Below are positions 9,045-18,568 of a stretch of DNA of 64,000 nucleotides, piece by piece. This DNA comes from a virus (Duplodnaviria > Heunggongvirae > Uroviricota > Caudoviricetes), in the IMG/VR virus record IMGVR_UViG_3300032007_003791. One strand, given 5' to 3'. The notes beneath the pieces are model-generated. The model saw only the letters and a list, made by a program, of their open reading frames with translations. It was not told where the DNA came from and made no database searches. Every line of letters starts with the position of its first letter. Position 1 is the stretch's first letter. The position numbers and the translations under genes were made by a program.

Positions 9045-11026
9045 CTGACTGCTCCCACGGTTAAAGCCGTGGGGTTCCGCAGGAAGGCGGAGCCTTCCTT
9101 TTGGTGTCGGCTTGATTCCGTGTGGTGTTGCGGGTGTCGGGAGCGTCATTGCATTCCCTGTGTCCGCGGGTGACCGCCCGGGTATCTTCGCCTGTTGGAT
9201 TTGGCGCGTCTACATCATCGCCGGCAGCGTCCGGTTCTGATTTCCCCGCACCCAGGAGTGCAGTCCATGCTCCTACCCCTATTGCAGACGGGATGGTCTG
9301 TTTGGATGATTTCTGATGCATTCGCTGCATCTCCTCCCCCATGGCCGGAATGAACCAGGCAAGACTGTCGAGCAGAAGTTCACGGTCTGGTACGTCTGCA
9401 ATGACAGTTTTGCCTTTCTTTTCATCCCTGCGTTTTTCCTTTTTCGAGCAGAGGATGTTCAGTGCGGCCATTAGGTCCCGCTGGACCGGCGTTCCGTCCG
9501 ACAGGCGGAACACGCGCTGCTGGAGCTTGTGCTTGGTATAGCTGTTGTCTGTCGGGTCGTATTGACTTGCCTTGAGTGTCCAGGGGTTGATTTCTACGTA
9601 CTGTCCTCCGGAGGCTTCACATTTCTGTTTGAGCGTCGAGAGGAACAGGGACGGCGCGAAGCGGCGGATTGTATCGCCAAAGCGTTTCTTTGAGGCAATT
9701 GCTCCACCTTGTCGGATTCTTATTCGTTTGCTCCGCACGGACAGGGCGAGATAGTTCGTACCTTCGGTCTTAATGTTTGGATACGTACTGACAAGATTGT
9801 TGCACAGTTCGTTCCGTCTTGTCCGGAGCGTCCATCCCTGCTTCTGTATCATGAGTCTCCGGCGACGGTGGAGCGTCTCATAGTTCGGAGTGGTGTTCCA
9901 GTCATTTTTCTTTCCTGTTCCGGCATTGACAGAGCCTTTGCGATAGGTTCCGTCCGGATTGTACCGTTCGGGGTTGGATGCGCGGCGGGACTGGTTCAGG
10001 CGGACGGAGACCTCACGCGAGGACATGTCCGCTTTCGGATTTTTCCCGTCCAGAAGTAGGAAGAAGGCATTGCCGTCGCTTGTGCAGCAGGACATCATCG
10101 TCTGGGACGGGTCGATGGCAAGGGTCTGGTTGGAACGGGATGCGCTCGTAGTGTGTTTCCTTGAGAAGTTGCTCTTTGGCGCCGGGCCGTCGGCTGTCAC
10201 CTGAAGCCAATAGCCCCACTTGATGCGGCCGTGGTCGTTGGCGAGCCTGCGGACTATCTTGTTGAACCGGATACACCCGGGGAGCGGGCCGTATCCGTTC
10301 TTTTCCGATAGGAACGACGCTCTTATCTTCGCAAGGTCTGTCTTCTGGTACTCGTCCAGTCCGCCGGATACGGGGATGAAGTGTTTGCCGATACGGACAG
10401 ACATTTGTACGGGGTTAAAGACGATGGCCGTCTCGTTGCTCTTGCCACGAATGCTCAGGAATTCATGTTCTCCTTTGCTAGAAAGGTCTTTGCCGTTGGA
10501 ATACAGTATCTTCTCCACGCCGGCCCAGACGTCCGCTGCGAGGGTTTGTGCGACATGGGACTGGAGGAGTGATGTATTATAATGGCTGTTTCTTACAGGA
10601 GAGATGATCTTCTCAAACTGGCCCATGCTCGAAAGGCCATGGATGGTGCGGATTGCGGACAGGCGATTCTTGATTTCTTTCAGTTGTGAAGATGCATCCG
10701 TGCCGCTTTTCTTGAGCGTTGAAAGTGTCTTCAGCAGGTTACGGTATTCCACGTCCTGGCGTAGTCGCATGATGCGGTGCATGGCGTTCCCGGCGAGGTC
10801 GTTTCGGAAACGACGGCATTCGGAGAAGACGCGTCCGAGGAAATGTTCCTGGTACGCGTTTGTCCACAATGCCAGTTCCAGTACATGGCAATTATCCGAT
10901 ATGACCTTACTTCCGGACATCTTATTCAAAGATAATAATAAATTATTGATTTTCAAAAAGATTTCTTCAAAATCTTGTCCGCTCTACCCACGGCTGAAGC
11001 GGTGGGCTTGCCGTAGACGTTTTGTC
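9045..11026 (-). mobile_element. IS200/IS605-family solo element 2 with a large TnpB-like gene
   Basis: Minus strand left end TGAC|16 nt|CAAG-CCCACCGCTTCAGCCGTGGG; right end GAAC-CCCACGGCTTTAACCGTGGG-AGCAG-TCAG. Both guide/cleavage tetranucleotide pairs fit the IS608 pairing rule. Confidence 0.85.
9061..10956 (-). CDS. tnpB: Large TnpB-like RuvC protein, up to 631 aa, without the CxxC zinc finger
   Basis: RuvC-I LAIDPSQT, RuvC-II IKTEGT, RuvC-III QRDLMAALNIL; KKRFG and KASQY motifs; the low-complexity tail reads into the right end. Confidence 0.8.
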   Translation of the reverse strand: MKINNLLLSLNKMSGSKVISDNCHVLELALWTNAYQEHFLGRVFSECRRFRNDLAGNAMHRIMRLRQDVEYRNLLKTLSTLKKSGTDASSQLKEIKNRLSAIRTIHGLSSMGQFEKIISPVRNSHYNTSLLQSHVAQTLAADVWAGVEKILYSNGKDLSSKGEHEFLSIRGKSNETAIVFNPVQMSVRIGKHFIPVSGGLDEYQKTDLAKIRASFLSEKNGYGPLPGCIRFNKIVRRLANDHGRIKWGYWLQVTADGPAPKSNFSRKHTTSASRSNQTLAIDPSQTMMSCCTSDGNAFFLLLDGKNPKADMSSREVSVRLNQSRRASNPERYNPDGTYRKGSVNAGTGKKNDWNTTPNYETLHRRRRLMIQKQGWTLRTRRNELCNNLVSTYPNIKTEGTNYLALSVRSKRIRIRQGGAIASKKRFGDTIRRFAPSLFLSTLKQKCEASGGQYVEINPWTLKASQYDPTDNSYTKHKLQQRVFRLSDGTPVQRDLMAALNILCSKKEKRRDEKKGKTVIADVPDRELLLDSLAWFIPAMGEEMQRMHQKSSKQTIPSAIGVGAWTALLGAGKSEPDAAGDDVDAPNPTGEDTRAVTRGHRECNDAPDTRNTTRNQADTKRKAPPSCGTPRL

Positions 11027-11145
11027 GTCACGGCGCTTGCCGTCATTTTCTCTCTTCACCCATATCCCGGATGGGAGCATGGGTGATTTGTCCGCTATGC
11101 GGCACGGCGGGGTCCGGCGCTTCGGTGTGTGCCTGTTACCCGGAC

Positions 11146-11211
11146 CCCCGGAGATACTTGGTGAATTTCCTATGGGAACCGTCAGGTTCCCCGGAGGTAC
11201 TTGGTGAATTT
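11146..11211. repeat. Two 23-bp direct repeats CCCCGGAG(A/G)TACTTGGTGAATTT
   Basis: Copies at 11146-11168 and 11189-11211, one mismatch, 43-bp period. Confidence 0.85.
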
Positions 11212-11397
11212 TTAAAGGAATGGAGTTCCTTTCAGGTGATGGTTCTGATGAACTGATGAGGTCTCCTCGGAGGAACGGATTTTAGCCGTCGCGCTGATTT
11301 TCTCGCGTGCGCGTGCGTGTGTATATGCGCCCATGCGCGTATATACTACGCATGAAGCGTGCTACTATTTATTTTCTGTTTTATCTATTTATATATG

Positions 11398-11691
11398 GTG
11401 ACCACTTACTACTGACCGCTATTTTGTCGATTTCTTTGTTTGATAGTGTTGTATGGCACATTTGGCATTTTTGGCCGGTGACCACTTAGTACTGACCGAT
11501 TTTGCAAAGTGACCACTTAGTACTGACCGATTTTGCCAAAGTGACCACTTAGTACTGACCGATTTTGCCAAAGTGATCACTTAGTACTGACCGATTTTGC
11601 CAAAGTGACCACTTAGTACTGACCGATTTCGCCAAAGTGACCACTTAGTACTGACCGTTCAGGGGGTAAAGTGACTACTTACTACTGACCG
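11398..11691. repeat. Iteron-like array, probable replication origin: 8 copies of core GTGACCACTTAGTACTGACCG
   Basis: Seven tandem copies start at 11478, 11509, 11541, 11573, 11605, 11637 and 11671 (mostly 32-bp period, about 3 helical turns), plus one at 11398; AT-rich flanks; adjacent to a Rep-like gene. Confidence 0.85.
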
Positions 11692-11756
11692 TTTGTTTTC
11701 GGGCGTTGATTTTAATACCAGAAAAGGGGGCGTTTTGTAATAAAAAGGAAGGGCTC

Positions 11757-12995
11757 CTATTCGGAGTCCTTTTTAAAATGTTCCCAGAATTTGAATTTGT
11801 CGGAAAGCAGTGTTGTTTGTATCCAGCGGTCGTAGTCTTTCTTGTCTTTGTATTTAGCACAGAAGATAAGGTATTCGACTCTCTTGTCAATATCGTCGGG
11901 TATGGTAGTGGCCGCGATGTTAACGAAGGTGTTGATTAAGGTGGAAGTGAGAATCTTCCTGAGCTTGTCATTGTCGTTAGCAAGCCATTCGAAGAAATAC
12001 TTGTCGGCATTCTTCATTTCTTCGTAGGAACGGTAGGGGCAGGCGATAGTGAGGCCGATCTTTAGTTCAGTGACGGCGACGTCGAGTTTTTCTTCGCGTT
12101 TAACGGCCTGGATGGCGTATCCGTCTGCGCCGATTACTTCACCGACCTTAGGATTGAAGTGGAAGAGGGGAGTGTATTTTTCTTTTTCGCCGTTAGCAAT
12201 CCACTCCACTTCGAAGTCCAGTTCGGTTTCTTTGAGAATTGTATTGAATTTTGATTTGAGTTTCCTTTTGAGATATTTCGGTTCCAGGTTACCCCCCACC
12301 TTGGCGATGGAACAGAGGTAGGCGAAGGTAGGGGTGTCTTCCGGAGTGGTGCTTGTCATGTTCTTTGCAAAGAGCGCTTCCCTGAGACGGAGAAGATGAT
12401 GGTACAGGGGGCCGAGGCCGCTCTTGCGGAGGTTGATAAGGCTTTGGGTGCTTGTCGTCAGGTAGTAGGTTGCGAGGTTGCGCCGGAAGTCTTCATCGAG
12501 CTGGTATGCGTATATGGTTTTTCCCGTGATGCGGTCCTGTTCGATGTAGAAGTTCTTGAGTATGCGCAGGGGTTGGATTTTACGCACGAGTTTCCTCGTG
12601 TTTTTCTCAACGATGGTGTTCATGACCATGAGGGGCATGTACGAGAGTGTGAACAGCGCGTTTTCTATGTTGTTGGTATAGACTGGTTTGTATTCATCCT
12701 CCCTTTTGCGCCGGTTGGTTTTTTCGTTCGTGTTTACCCCCAGCACCTTTTGCTGGTAGGGTTTCTCGTTCTGTTTCTGGAGGAGGTCGAGGCGGAAGCC
12801 GTATTTCTTGCCAAACTCTTCCGGGTCGATAATCCCGAAGCCGAAGACATTATACTGGTGTTCGTAGCAGATGTCATAGACGATGGATTCGGCAATGTGG
12901 TTGCCGGTCATCTTGAAAAGATTGTCTATGTTTTCTTTGGTGATGATGCTCCGGTCCATCCGGAAGAGGTCGTTGTTAGAAAATCTTAATTCCAT
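11757..12995 (-). CDS. Putative plasmid replication initiator, 412 aa
   Basis: Adjacent to iterons; basic helical C-terminal half compatible with winged-helix initiators; start at MELRFS because a TATCTTTG box lies at 13017-13024. Family not confirmed. Confidence 0.6.
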   Translation of the reverse strand: MELRFSNNDLFRMDRSIITKENIDNLFKMTGNHIAESIVYDICYEHQYNVFGFGIIDPEEFGKKYGFRLDLLQKQNEKPYQQKVLGVNTNEKTNRRKREDEYKPVYTNNIENALFTLSYMPLMVMNTIVEKNTRKLVRKIQPLRILKNFYIEQDRITGKTIYAYQLDEDFRRNLATYYLTTSTQSLINLRKSGLGPLYHHLLRLREALFAKNMTSTTPEDTPTFAYLCSIAKVGGNLEPKYLKRKLKSKFNTILKETELDFEVEWIANGEKEKYTPLFHFNPKVGEVIGADGYAIQAVKREEKLDVAVTELKIGLTIACPYRSYEEMKNADKYFFEWLANDNDKLRKILTSTLINTFVNIAATTIPDDIDKRVEYLIFCAKYKDKKDYDRWIQTTLLSDKFKFWEHFKKDSE

Positions 12996-13016
12996 ACTTT
13001 CTTTTTGTTTCTCCTG

Positions 13017-13094
13017 CAAAGATAGTTGTTTTTGATAAAGTTGCAATTTTTTTCACAAAAAATGCTTGCGTTTAACAAAATTGTGTTACCTTTG
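13017..13094. promoter_or_regulatory. Divergent -7 boxes for rep (leftward) and pilus locus 1 (rightward)
   Basis: TATCTTTG on the minus strand at 13017-13024; TACCTTTG on the plus strand at 13087-13094. Confidence 0.7.
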
Positions 13095-13156
13095 TGGTGC
13101 CGTGTTAGCCCAGGGAGACATGAAGGGGTGGATGTTAAATTTTAGTCCTTCGTATT

Positions 13157-13420
13157 ATGGAAGAAAACAAACAGGAACTCTCGAAACGTAATTTCACGAA
13201 GTGGAATCTCGTCTTCGTGTTTTTTATCGTGCTTCTTTTGGGTCTTACGGTCTGTTTCATTACGCGTGAGTTCGTGTATGTTCAGGAAAGGGAGGAGCTG
13301 AGGGAAGAAGTGGATTCCTTTGTTCGTTCAGTGAGAAAGGAACTGTTGTTGGACGAAGCCCCCGTTTCCGCCGTACAGGAAGACAGCGTAATGGTCGACA
13401 GTCTTAAAGCAAATTCATAA
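13157..13420 (+). CDS. Small single-pass membrane protein
   Basis: Hydrophobic stretch LVFVFFIVLLLGLTVCFI; first gene after the promoter. Confidence 0.65.
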   Translation: MEENKQELSKRNFTKWNLVFVFFIVLLLGLTVCFITREFVYVQEREELREEVDSFVRSVRKELLLDEAPVSAVQEDSVMVDSLKANS

Positions 13421-13559
13421 AGCGAGAGTTGTTCATCTCTTTTTTCATGTAATGCGGTTATTTTATTAGGTTAGGACGCCGGAGAAACGCAGTGATGCAT
13501 TTTGAAGGGATATTCCGGAGAGGCTGACCCCTTTCCGGGGTACAAGACAAAAATTAGTT

Positions 13560-14123
13560 ATGAGTCGTTTTTTGAAAATATTTCTTCTGACCGCGCTCCT
13601 GGCGCTGTCTTCGACACTGGCAAGCGCCCAGCGTTTTTCCGTGGGTACGAATGGTATTGACTGGCTTACCCTTGGCACCATCAACGCCGAGGCGTCCATC
13701 GCCGTTGCACAGAACGTATCCATCCATGTGGGTGGGGAACTTAACCCCTGGACGTTCCGTACCGGTAGTCAGGAAAAGCAGTTCCAGCTTCGCCAGTACT
13801 CCTTCTGGGGCGGCGCCCGCTGGTGGCCCTGGCACGTTTACTCCGGTTGGTGGGTTGGTGCCGACGCAAGGTACAGCCTGTATAACCTCGGTGGTGTCAT
13901 CAAGAGGGACACCGAAGAGGGAGATGCTGCCGGCGGCGGTATCTATGGCGGGTATTCTATCATGATTAACTCATGGTTGAACCTTGACCTTGGCGTGGGC
14001 GTCTGGGGTGGTTGGAAAAAGTACACCCGTTACGCCTGTCCCGTGTGCGGCGTCATCACGGAGCAGGGGCAGAAGGGTTTCATCATGCCTGATGCGAGGG
14101 TGGCGGTTCAGTTCATTTTCTAA
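13560..14123 (+). CDS. DUF3575 outer-membrane beta-barrel protein
   Basis: Signal peptide, TNGIDWLTLGTINAE, ARWWPW, terminal Phe; typical first gene of Bacteroidales type V pilus loci. Confidence 0.85.
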   Translation: MSRFLKIFLLTALLALSSTLASAQRFSVGTNGIDWLTLGTINAEASIAVAQNVSIHVGGELNPWTFRTGSQEKQFQLRQYSFWGGARWWPWHVYSGWWVGADARYSLYNLGGVIKRDTEEGDAAGGGIYGGYSIMINSWLNLDLGVGVWGGWKKYTRYACPVCGVITEQGQKGFIMPDARVAVQFIF

Positions 14124-14140
14124 GGAGGAGTAGAACAATC

Positions 14141-16180
14141 ATGCGACAGATAAACGGAGACGTTTTATTGAAGGGTGCGATTCTCGCTTTTATGGCGGGT
14201 TCGCTTGTGATAGGTTGTGGTACGCCTAAGAAAATTGACATTATCCGTAACGAGAAGCTTGCTGCTACGCTCGCCCTCTCGAGGAACGAGATTGAAGAGG
14301 AACGTAAGGTGATTCAGGTTGCGAAGCGCGATACCATTACCGTGAAGGATGACAAGGGCAACGACGTGCTTATCATGAAGGCTGTCAAGGACGAAGCCTC
14401 AGGCGAGATGGTTGCTACCGAGGTGCTGGACGCGGCTGTTATTACCGCTCGCTTCCGTAACGTGGCCGAACGTCATGGTAAGATTGACCTGCGTTTCGAA
14501 GTCATAGTCCCGCAATCGATGTACGACACGAAGTGGCAGCTCCGTTTCTATCCGGACATGTTCATCCTTGGAGATTCTGTGCGTTTGGAACCCGTTATCA
14601 TCACTGGACAGGAGTACAGGAAAGGACAGCTCCGCGGATATGAATTATACGAGAAATTCCTGGCGTCCATTATCACCGATTCGACGAAGTTCATCGATCT
14701 TCGTAACCTGGAAATCTTCATCAAGAGGAATATCCCGGAATTGTACCGCTTCAAGACGGATACCAGCTTCGTTGCGGAGGAGGACTTCCATTCCCTTTAT
14801 GGCGTCACCGAGCAGCAGGCCATCGAGCATTACACCAACACCTTTGCGAAGATTCACAATGAAAAGAAGAAGGGACGGAAAGGTGAGATGTATCAGAAGT
14901 ACGTCAAATCGCCCATCATTAGTACGGGCATTCGTCTCGATACCGTCATCAAGGACCTGAACGGTGATTTCGTATATCACTATACGCAGACCATTAAGAC
15001 CCGTCCGAAGCTGCGCAAGGTGGATATCGTTCTCTCCGGCGACATCTACGAGGCTGAAAACAGGCTCTACGTGATGGAGCGCTCCGCCCCGCTGACGTTC
15101 TATATCAGTTCCCTGTCTGCCTTCGTCGACGGAACCGAACGTTACCTCTCGAAGGTCATTGAAAGAAGGGCGGCGGCCAATACGGCCTGCTATGTGGATT
15201 TTGCGCAGGGTAAGTATGACGTGGACCCGGCGCTGGGACACAATGCGGAAGAGCTCGGGCGTATCCAGGGTAATATCCTCGAGCTGCTCCACAACACGAC
15301 CTTCGACCTGGATTCCATCGTCATCTCGGCGTCGGCGTCCCCGGAAGGCGGCCTGCAGGCCAACAGCGCCCTCGCGGGCAAGCGTGCGGAGTCGGTGGCA
15401 TCTTACTATGACAGGTATATCAAGCATTACCGTGATTCCGTGCAGCGGGTCCTGAATGCGGAAGCAGCCAGTTCGTTCACGATGACCGTGGATGAGCATG
15501 GTAACGAGAAGATTGGCCGTGCGAAGGCTGAGAAGGCCAATATCCCGGACATCCGCTTCACGTCTCGTTCCAACGGGGAGAACTGGGATATGCTTTCCTT
15601 GCTTGTCGACCAGGATACGGTGATGACCAAGAGCGATAAGCAGGCTTACATGAAGCATCTGGAGACCAAGGACCTTGATGCCCGCGAGCATGCGCTCTCG
15701 TCAGAGTCCTATTATACATACATGCGTGAGAATCTTTATCCGCGTCTGAGGACGGTGCGCTTCGACTTCCACCTTCATCGAAAAGGAATGGTCAAAGATA
15801 CCGTTCACACTACAGAATTGGATACGGTTTACATGGCCGGCGTGGCTGCCCTGAAGGACCGTGATTACGAACGGGCGCTGACTTATCTGCGTGATTACAA
15901 GGATTATAACACTGCTATTGCTTATGTGTCGTTGGATTACAACGCATCAGCTATGGCCATCCTACAGGACCTTCCTCGTACCCCGCAGGTGAACTACATG
16001 CTTGCCCTGCTGTATGCCCGAAACGAGGACGACCAGAATGCTGTCCAGTGCTATATGGATGCTTGCCGTGGTGACCGTTCATATGTGTTCCGTGGCAACC
16101 TCGATCCGGAGATCTATGTGCTCATCCAGAGGTATGGCCTGAACAAGCAGGACGATGACGACCTGTCGGATATTTATTGA
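14141..16180 (+). CDS. Pilus-locus lipoprotein with an OmpA-like peptidoglycan-binding domain and TPR-like C-terminus (DUF3868-type)
   Basis: Lipobox VIGC; SASASPEGGLQANSALAGKRAESV, GENW, YPRLR motifs; helical C-terminus. Confidence 0.75.
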   Translation: MRQINGDVLLKGAILAFMAGSLVIGCGTPKKIDIIRNEKLAATLALSRNEIEEERKVIQVAKRDTITVKDDKGNDVLIMKAVKDEASGEMVATEVLDAAVITARFRNVAERHGKIDLRFEVIVPQSMYDTKWQLRFYPDMFILGDSVRLEPVIITGQEYRKGQLRGYELYEKFLASIITDSTKFIDLRNLEIFIKRNIPELYRFKTDTSFVAEEDFHSLYGVTEQQAIEHYTNTFAKIHNEKKKGRKGEMYQKYVKSPIISTGIRLDTVIKDLNGDFVYHYTQTIKTRPKLRKVDIVLSGDIYEAENRLYVMERSAPLTFYISSLSAFVDGTERYLSKVIERRAAANTACYVDFAQGKYDVDPALGHNAEELGRIQGNILELLHNTTFDLDSIVISASASPEGGLQANSALAGKRAESVASYYDRYIKHYRDSVQRVLNAEAASSFTMTVDEHGNEKIGRAKAEKANIPDIRFTSRSNGENWDMLSLLVDQDTVMTKSDKQAYMKHLETKDLDAREHALSSESYYTYMRENLYPRLRTVRFDFHLHRKGMVKDTVHTTELDTVYMAGVAALKDRDYERALTYLRDYKDYNTAIAYVSLDYNASAMAILQDLPRTPQVNYMLALLYARNEDDQNAVQCYMDACRGDRSYVFRGNLDPEIYVLIQRYGLNKQDDDDLSDIY

Positions 16181-16238
16181 TAATCAAGACTTAAGAATAA
16201 CATATACAACAATTTCAAACCCTAAAACAAATTTTATC

Positions 16239-17570
16239 ATGAAAAAGTTTTTCAGCATTTCTTTCGCAGCTCTTGCTGCTATGCTCGTAGGCTTCACTGC
16301 CTGCAACAAGTCCACCCAGCCGGCAGAGGCCGAGGAGCTCGAACAGAACAAAGGCGTACTGTTCGTCAACCTGGCTCCCGTTGTCGGTGACGAGACCAAG
16401 GCGACCACTACCACCATGTCGGGTATCGAGTCCGTTATCCGTTCTATCCAGGTGTTCGTCTTCTCCGCTGAGGACAACGCAAGCCTTGGTCTGGTAACCG
16501 ACCAGATTGAGACTTCCAAGTTCGTCTCTGGTTCTTCTATCAGCAGCACTTCCGGTGGCAAAACCCTGGGTAATCCTATTCCTATTACGACTTATCTCGG
16601 CAAGAAGAAGATTATCGCCCTGGTGAATGCTCCTCGTCAGGAAGGCATCACGACCATTAACCAACTGCTGGGCCGCGTATCCAACCTGAGTGAGAACTAT
16701 ATTACCGAAACCAGTGTCGGTACTCCTTCTATCGCCCGTGAGGGTATGGTGATGGCTGGTGCTTATGGTTACAGCTACACCGTTGCTCCTGTCGCCAGTG
16801 TTGGTAACGGCATTAACATTACTCCTGGTGAGCTGAATGTCACCCGTAAGTACGACCGTAAGGACGACACGTCTATCTATGGCATCATCATTCCCGTCTA
16901 TCGTCTCGGCGCCCGTATCGAGCTGGGAACCGTGACCGTGAACTTCGACGATACTGACCTTAAGGGTAGGACCCTTACCATTAAGGACATCAAGTTGAAG
17001 AACGTGATGACCGCTGTCACTTTCGGTGGCGGTAATTCCGGTCTGGTTAATACTGCTTCGAACTGGGATATGCAGCTGGCAACGACCGGTGCCAATGCTG
17101 GTACCTATCGTGCAGGTGTGGCTGACAAGCTGCAGGATACCGGTCTCTCTATCCAGTGCAAAGGCAGTGGTGAAGCTACGGCCGTTAACAAGAGCTATAT
17201 CGTTTATCCGAACCCTTCTGAGGACCCCGATGGTCTGCAGTCCGCAGGTGGCGCCAGCGTTACTACCTGGAGTCCTCGTCGTACTCGCGTTGTCATTCAC
17301 GGTGAACTCACCGGTGGTTCCGCTGCGGCTGAGAATACCTACTATGTCTTCACTATCGCCGATCCTGCCACTATCAAGGAAGGCCAGGCCAATGAAGGCA
17401 CTTTCAGCCAGATTGTAGGTAACCGTCGTTATGTCATCGAGAATATCAATATCACGATGAAGGGTAAACCCAACGACGACGACGACATGATGCCTGCTAC
17501 CGGTCGCGTGAGCGCTACCATCGAAGTGAAGGACTGGTCCGGCGAAACACTGTCCGTGTACGAGTTCTAA
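16239..17570 (+). CDS. Type V pilus major (stalk) pilin, FimA/Mfa1-like lipoprotein
   Basis: Lipobox FTAC; ETKA processing region; IQVFVF, IALVN, V.RLGARIEL; C-terminal donor-strand-like ATIEVKDWSG; codon usage of a highly expressed gene. Confidence 0.8.
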   Translation: MKKFFSISFAALAAMLVGFTACNKSTQPAEAEELEQNKGVLFVNLAPVVGDETKATTTTMSGIESVIRSIQVFVFSAEDNASLGLVTDQIETSKFVSGSSISSTSGGKTLGNPIPITTYLGKKKIIALVNAPRQEGITTINQLLGRVSNLSENYITETSVGTPSIAREGMVMAGAYGYSYTVAPVASVGNGINITPGELNVTRKYDRKDDTSIYGIIIPVYRLGARIELGTVTVNFDDTDLKGRTLTIKDIKLKNVMTAVTFGGGNSGLVNTASNWDMQLATTGANAGTYRAGVADKLQDTGLSIQCKGSGEATAVNKSYIVYPNPSEDPDGLQSAGGASVTTWSPRRTRVVIHGELTGGSAAAENTYYVFTIADPATIKEGQANEGTFSQIVGNRRYVIENINITMKGKPNDDDDMMPATGRVSATIEVKDWSGETLSVYEF

Positions 17571-17586
17571 TCCTCTGTTTTTTCGG

Positions 17587-17608
17587 TCCCCGGCATCCGT
17601 GTCGGGGT
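17587..17608 (+). terminator. Stem-loop after the major pilin (attenuator or mRNA stabiliser)
   Basis: CCCCGGCA/TGTCGGGG stem with no downstream U-tract. Confidence 0.5.
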
Positions 17609-17616
17609 CCGTTCCT

Positions 17617-17664
17617 GGGGAACGGGTAACTGGCCTTTGACGGGTTCGAATCCCGCGTTCCCCG
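17617..17664 (+). ncRNA. tRNA-like minihelix (acceptor stem plus T-arm, no D or anticodon arm)
   Basis: GGGGAAC/GTTCCCC 7-bp stem; CGGG-TTCGAAT-CCCG T-arm stacked in canonical register; only 16 nt between the stems; no encoded CCA. Confidence 0.65.
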
Positions 17665-17686
17665 CAAGTTAGAAATGATATGAAAC

Positions 17687-18556
17687 ATGAGATACTACAG
17701 TAAAAGACTCATCCACGGCATCCTTTACTTGCTGCTTGTCCTGACTTCCGTGTCGGTCCTGTTCTCGTGCAGGAGTCTTGTTCTGGAAGACCGTTCTGAA
17801 TGTCCGGCGTTCCTGTTCTTTGACATTACGAATGCGGAGGTTTTCGACATATCCGAGTACGCGCATATCACTGCTTACAAGTACCCTGATGGGAACTTGC
17901 TGGCGGTTGATACGACGACGGTCCGTGCGGTGCAGGACAAGGAGTTTTACCTCCAGGTGAAGCGTTCCGACTCGTCGCGGGGCTATGGCGTACTTCGTTT
18001 TATCGGGGCGCATAACGATGGCTCCCAGTGGACGGCGGAGCTAGGTGAGGAATTTCCGCCATTATGGCGTTTCGATTACGAGTCCCCGGCTTCTACGGAA
18101 TCGTATCTTATCCGCGTGGAAGCGGTTAAGGACCATTCGGTCATTAACATCCATTTCCTTGATGCGGATCAGTATGAGGGGAGCGGTGGCGAGTTCCCGT
18201 ATTATATTGTTATCCGTTCCAATACCTGTGGTATTGACGGCATGGACGGAAGCCCTGTTAAGGGTCCTTTCCTTTTCGAGCCTGTCGAATATGCTTGCGG
18301 ACGTTTCCGTTTCACGGTGCCCCGTCAGTTCGACCGTTCGTTGCACATGGAGGTCTGGGGCCGGGAAGGTTTTTCCGAGGAAGGGTTCATGGTGACGGAC
18401 CTGAATCTGTGGAACCTCTTGCAGGATACGGGCGGTTTCTCCTGGGAGGAGAAGAATCTTGCTGACGCAGAGATTGAAATCAGCCTTGCCGAGAACAAGT
18501 ATATTATCACCGTCGCGGAGTGGGCCGGAGAAACCCATTCGACTTACGAGAATTAA
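17687..18556 (+). CDS. FimB/Mfa2-family anchor pilin lipoprotein
   Basis: Lipobox LFSC followed by VLEDRSECP (C-x-EDxxxCP-like signature); C-terminal ITVAEW. Confidence 0.8.
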   Translation: MRYYSKRLIHGILYLLLVLTSVSVLFSCRSLVLEDRSECPAFLFFDITNAEVFDISEYAHITAYKYPDGNLLAVDTTTVRAVQDKEFYLQVKRSDSSRGYGVLRFIGAHNDGSQWTAELGEEFPPLWRFDYESPASTESYLIRVEAVKDHSVINIHFLDADQYEGSGGEFPYYIVIRSNTCGIDGMDGSPVKGPFLFEPVEYACGRFRFTVPRQFDRSLHMEVWGREGFSEEGFMVTDLNLWNLLQDTGGFSWEEKNLADAEIEISLAENKYIITVAEWAGETHSTYEN

Positions 18557-18568
18557 AAATCAGCAGAT

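Noticed and set aside
11478-11691. CRISPR or TIGR-like guide array for the nearby large RuvC protein
   Set aside because: The 10-13 bp linkers are nearly identical rather than unique spacers, the period is helically phased, and the RuvC gene has its own IS ends that exclude the repeats.
17617-17667. Functional decoding tRNA gene
   Set aside because: Only 48 nt, with no D or anticodon arm; kept as a tRNA-like element instead.
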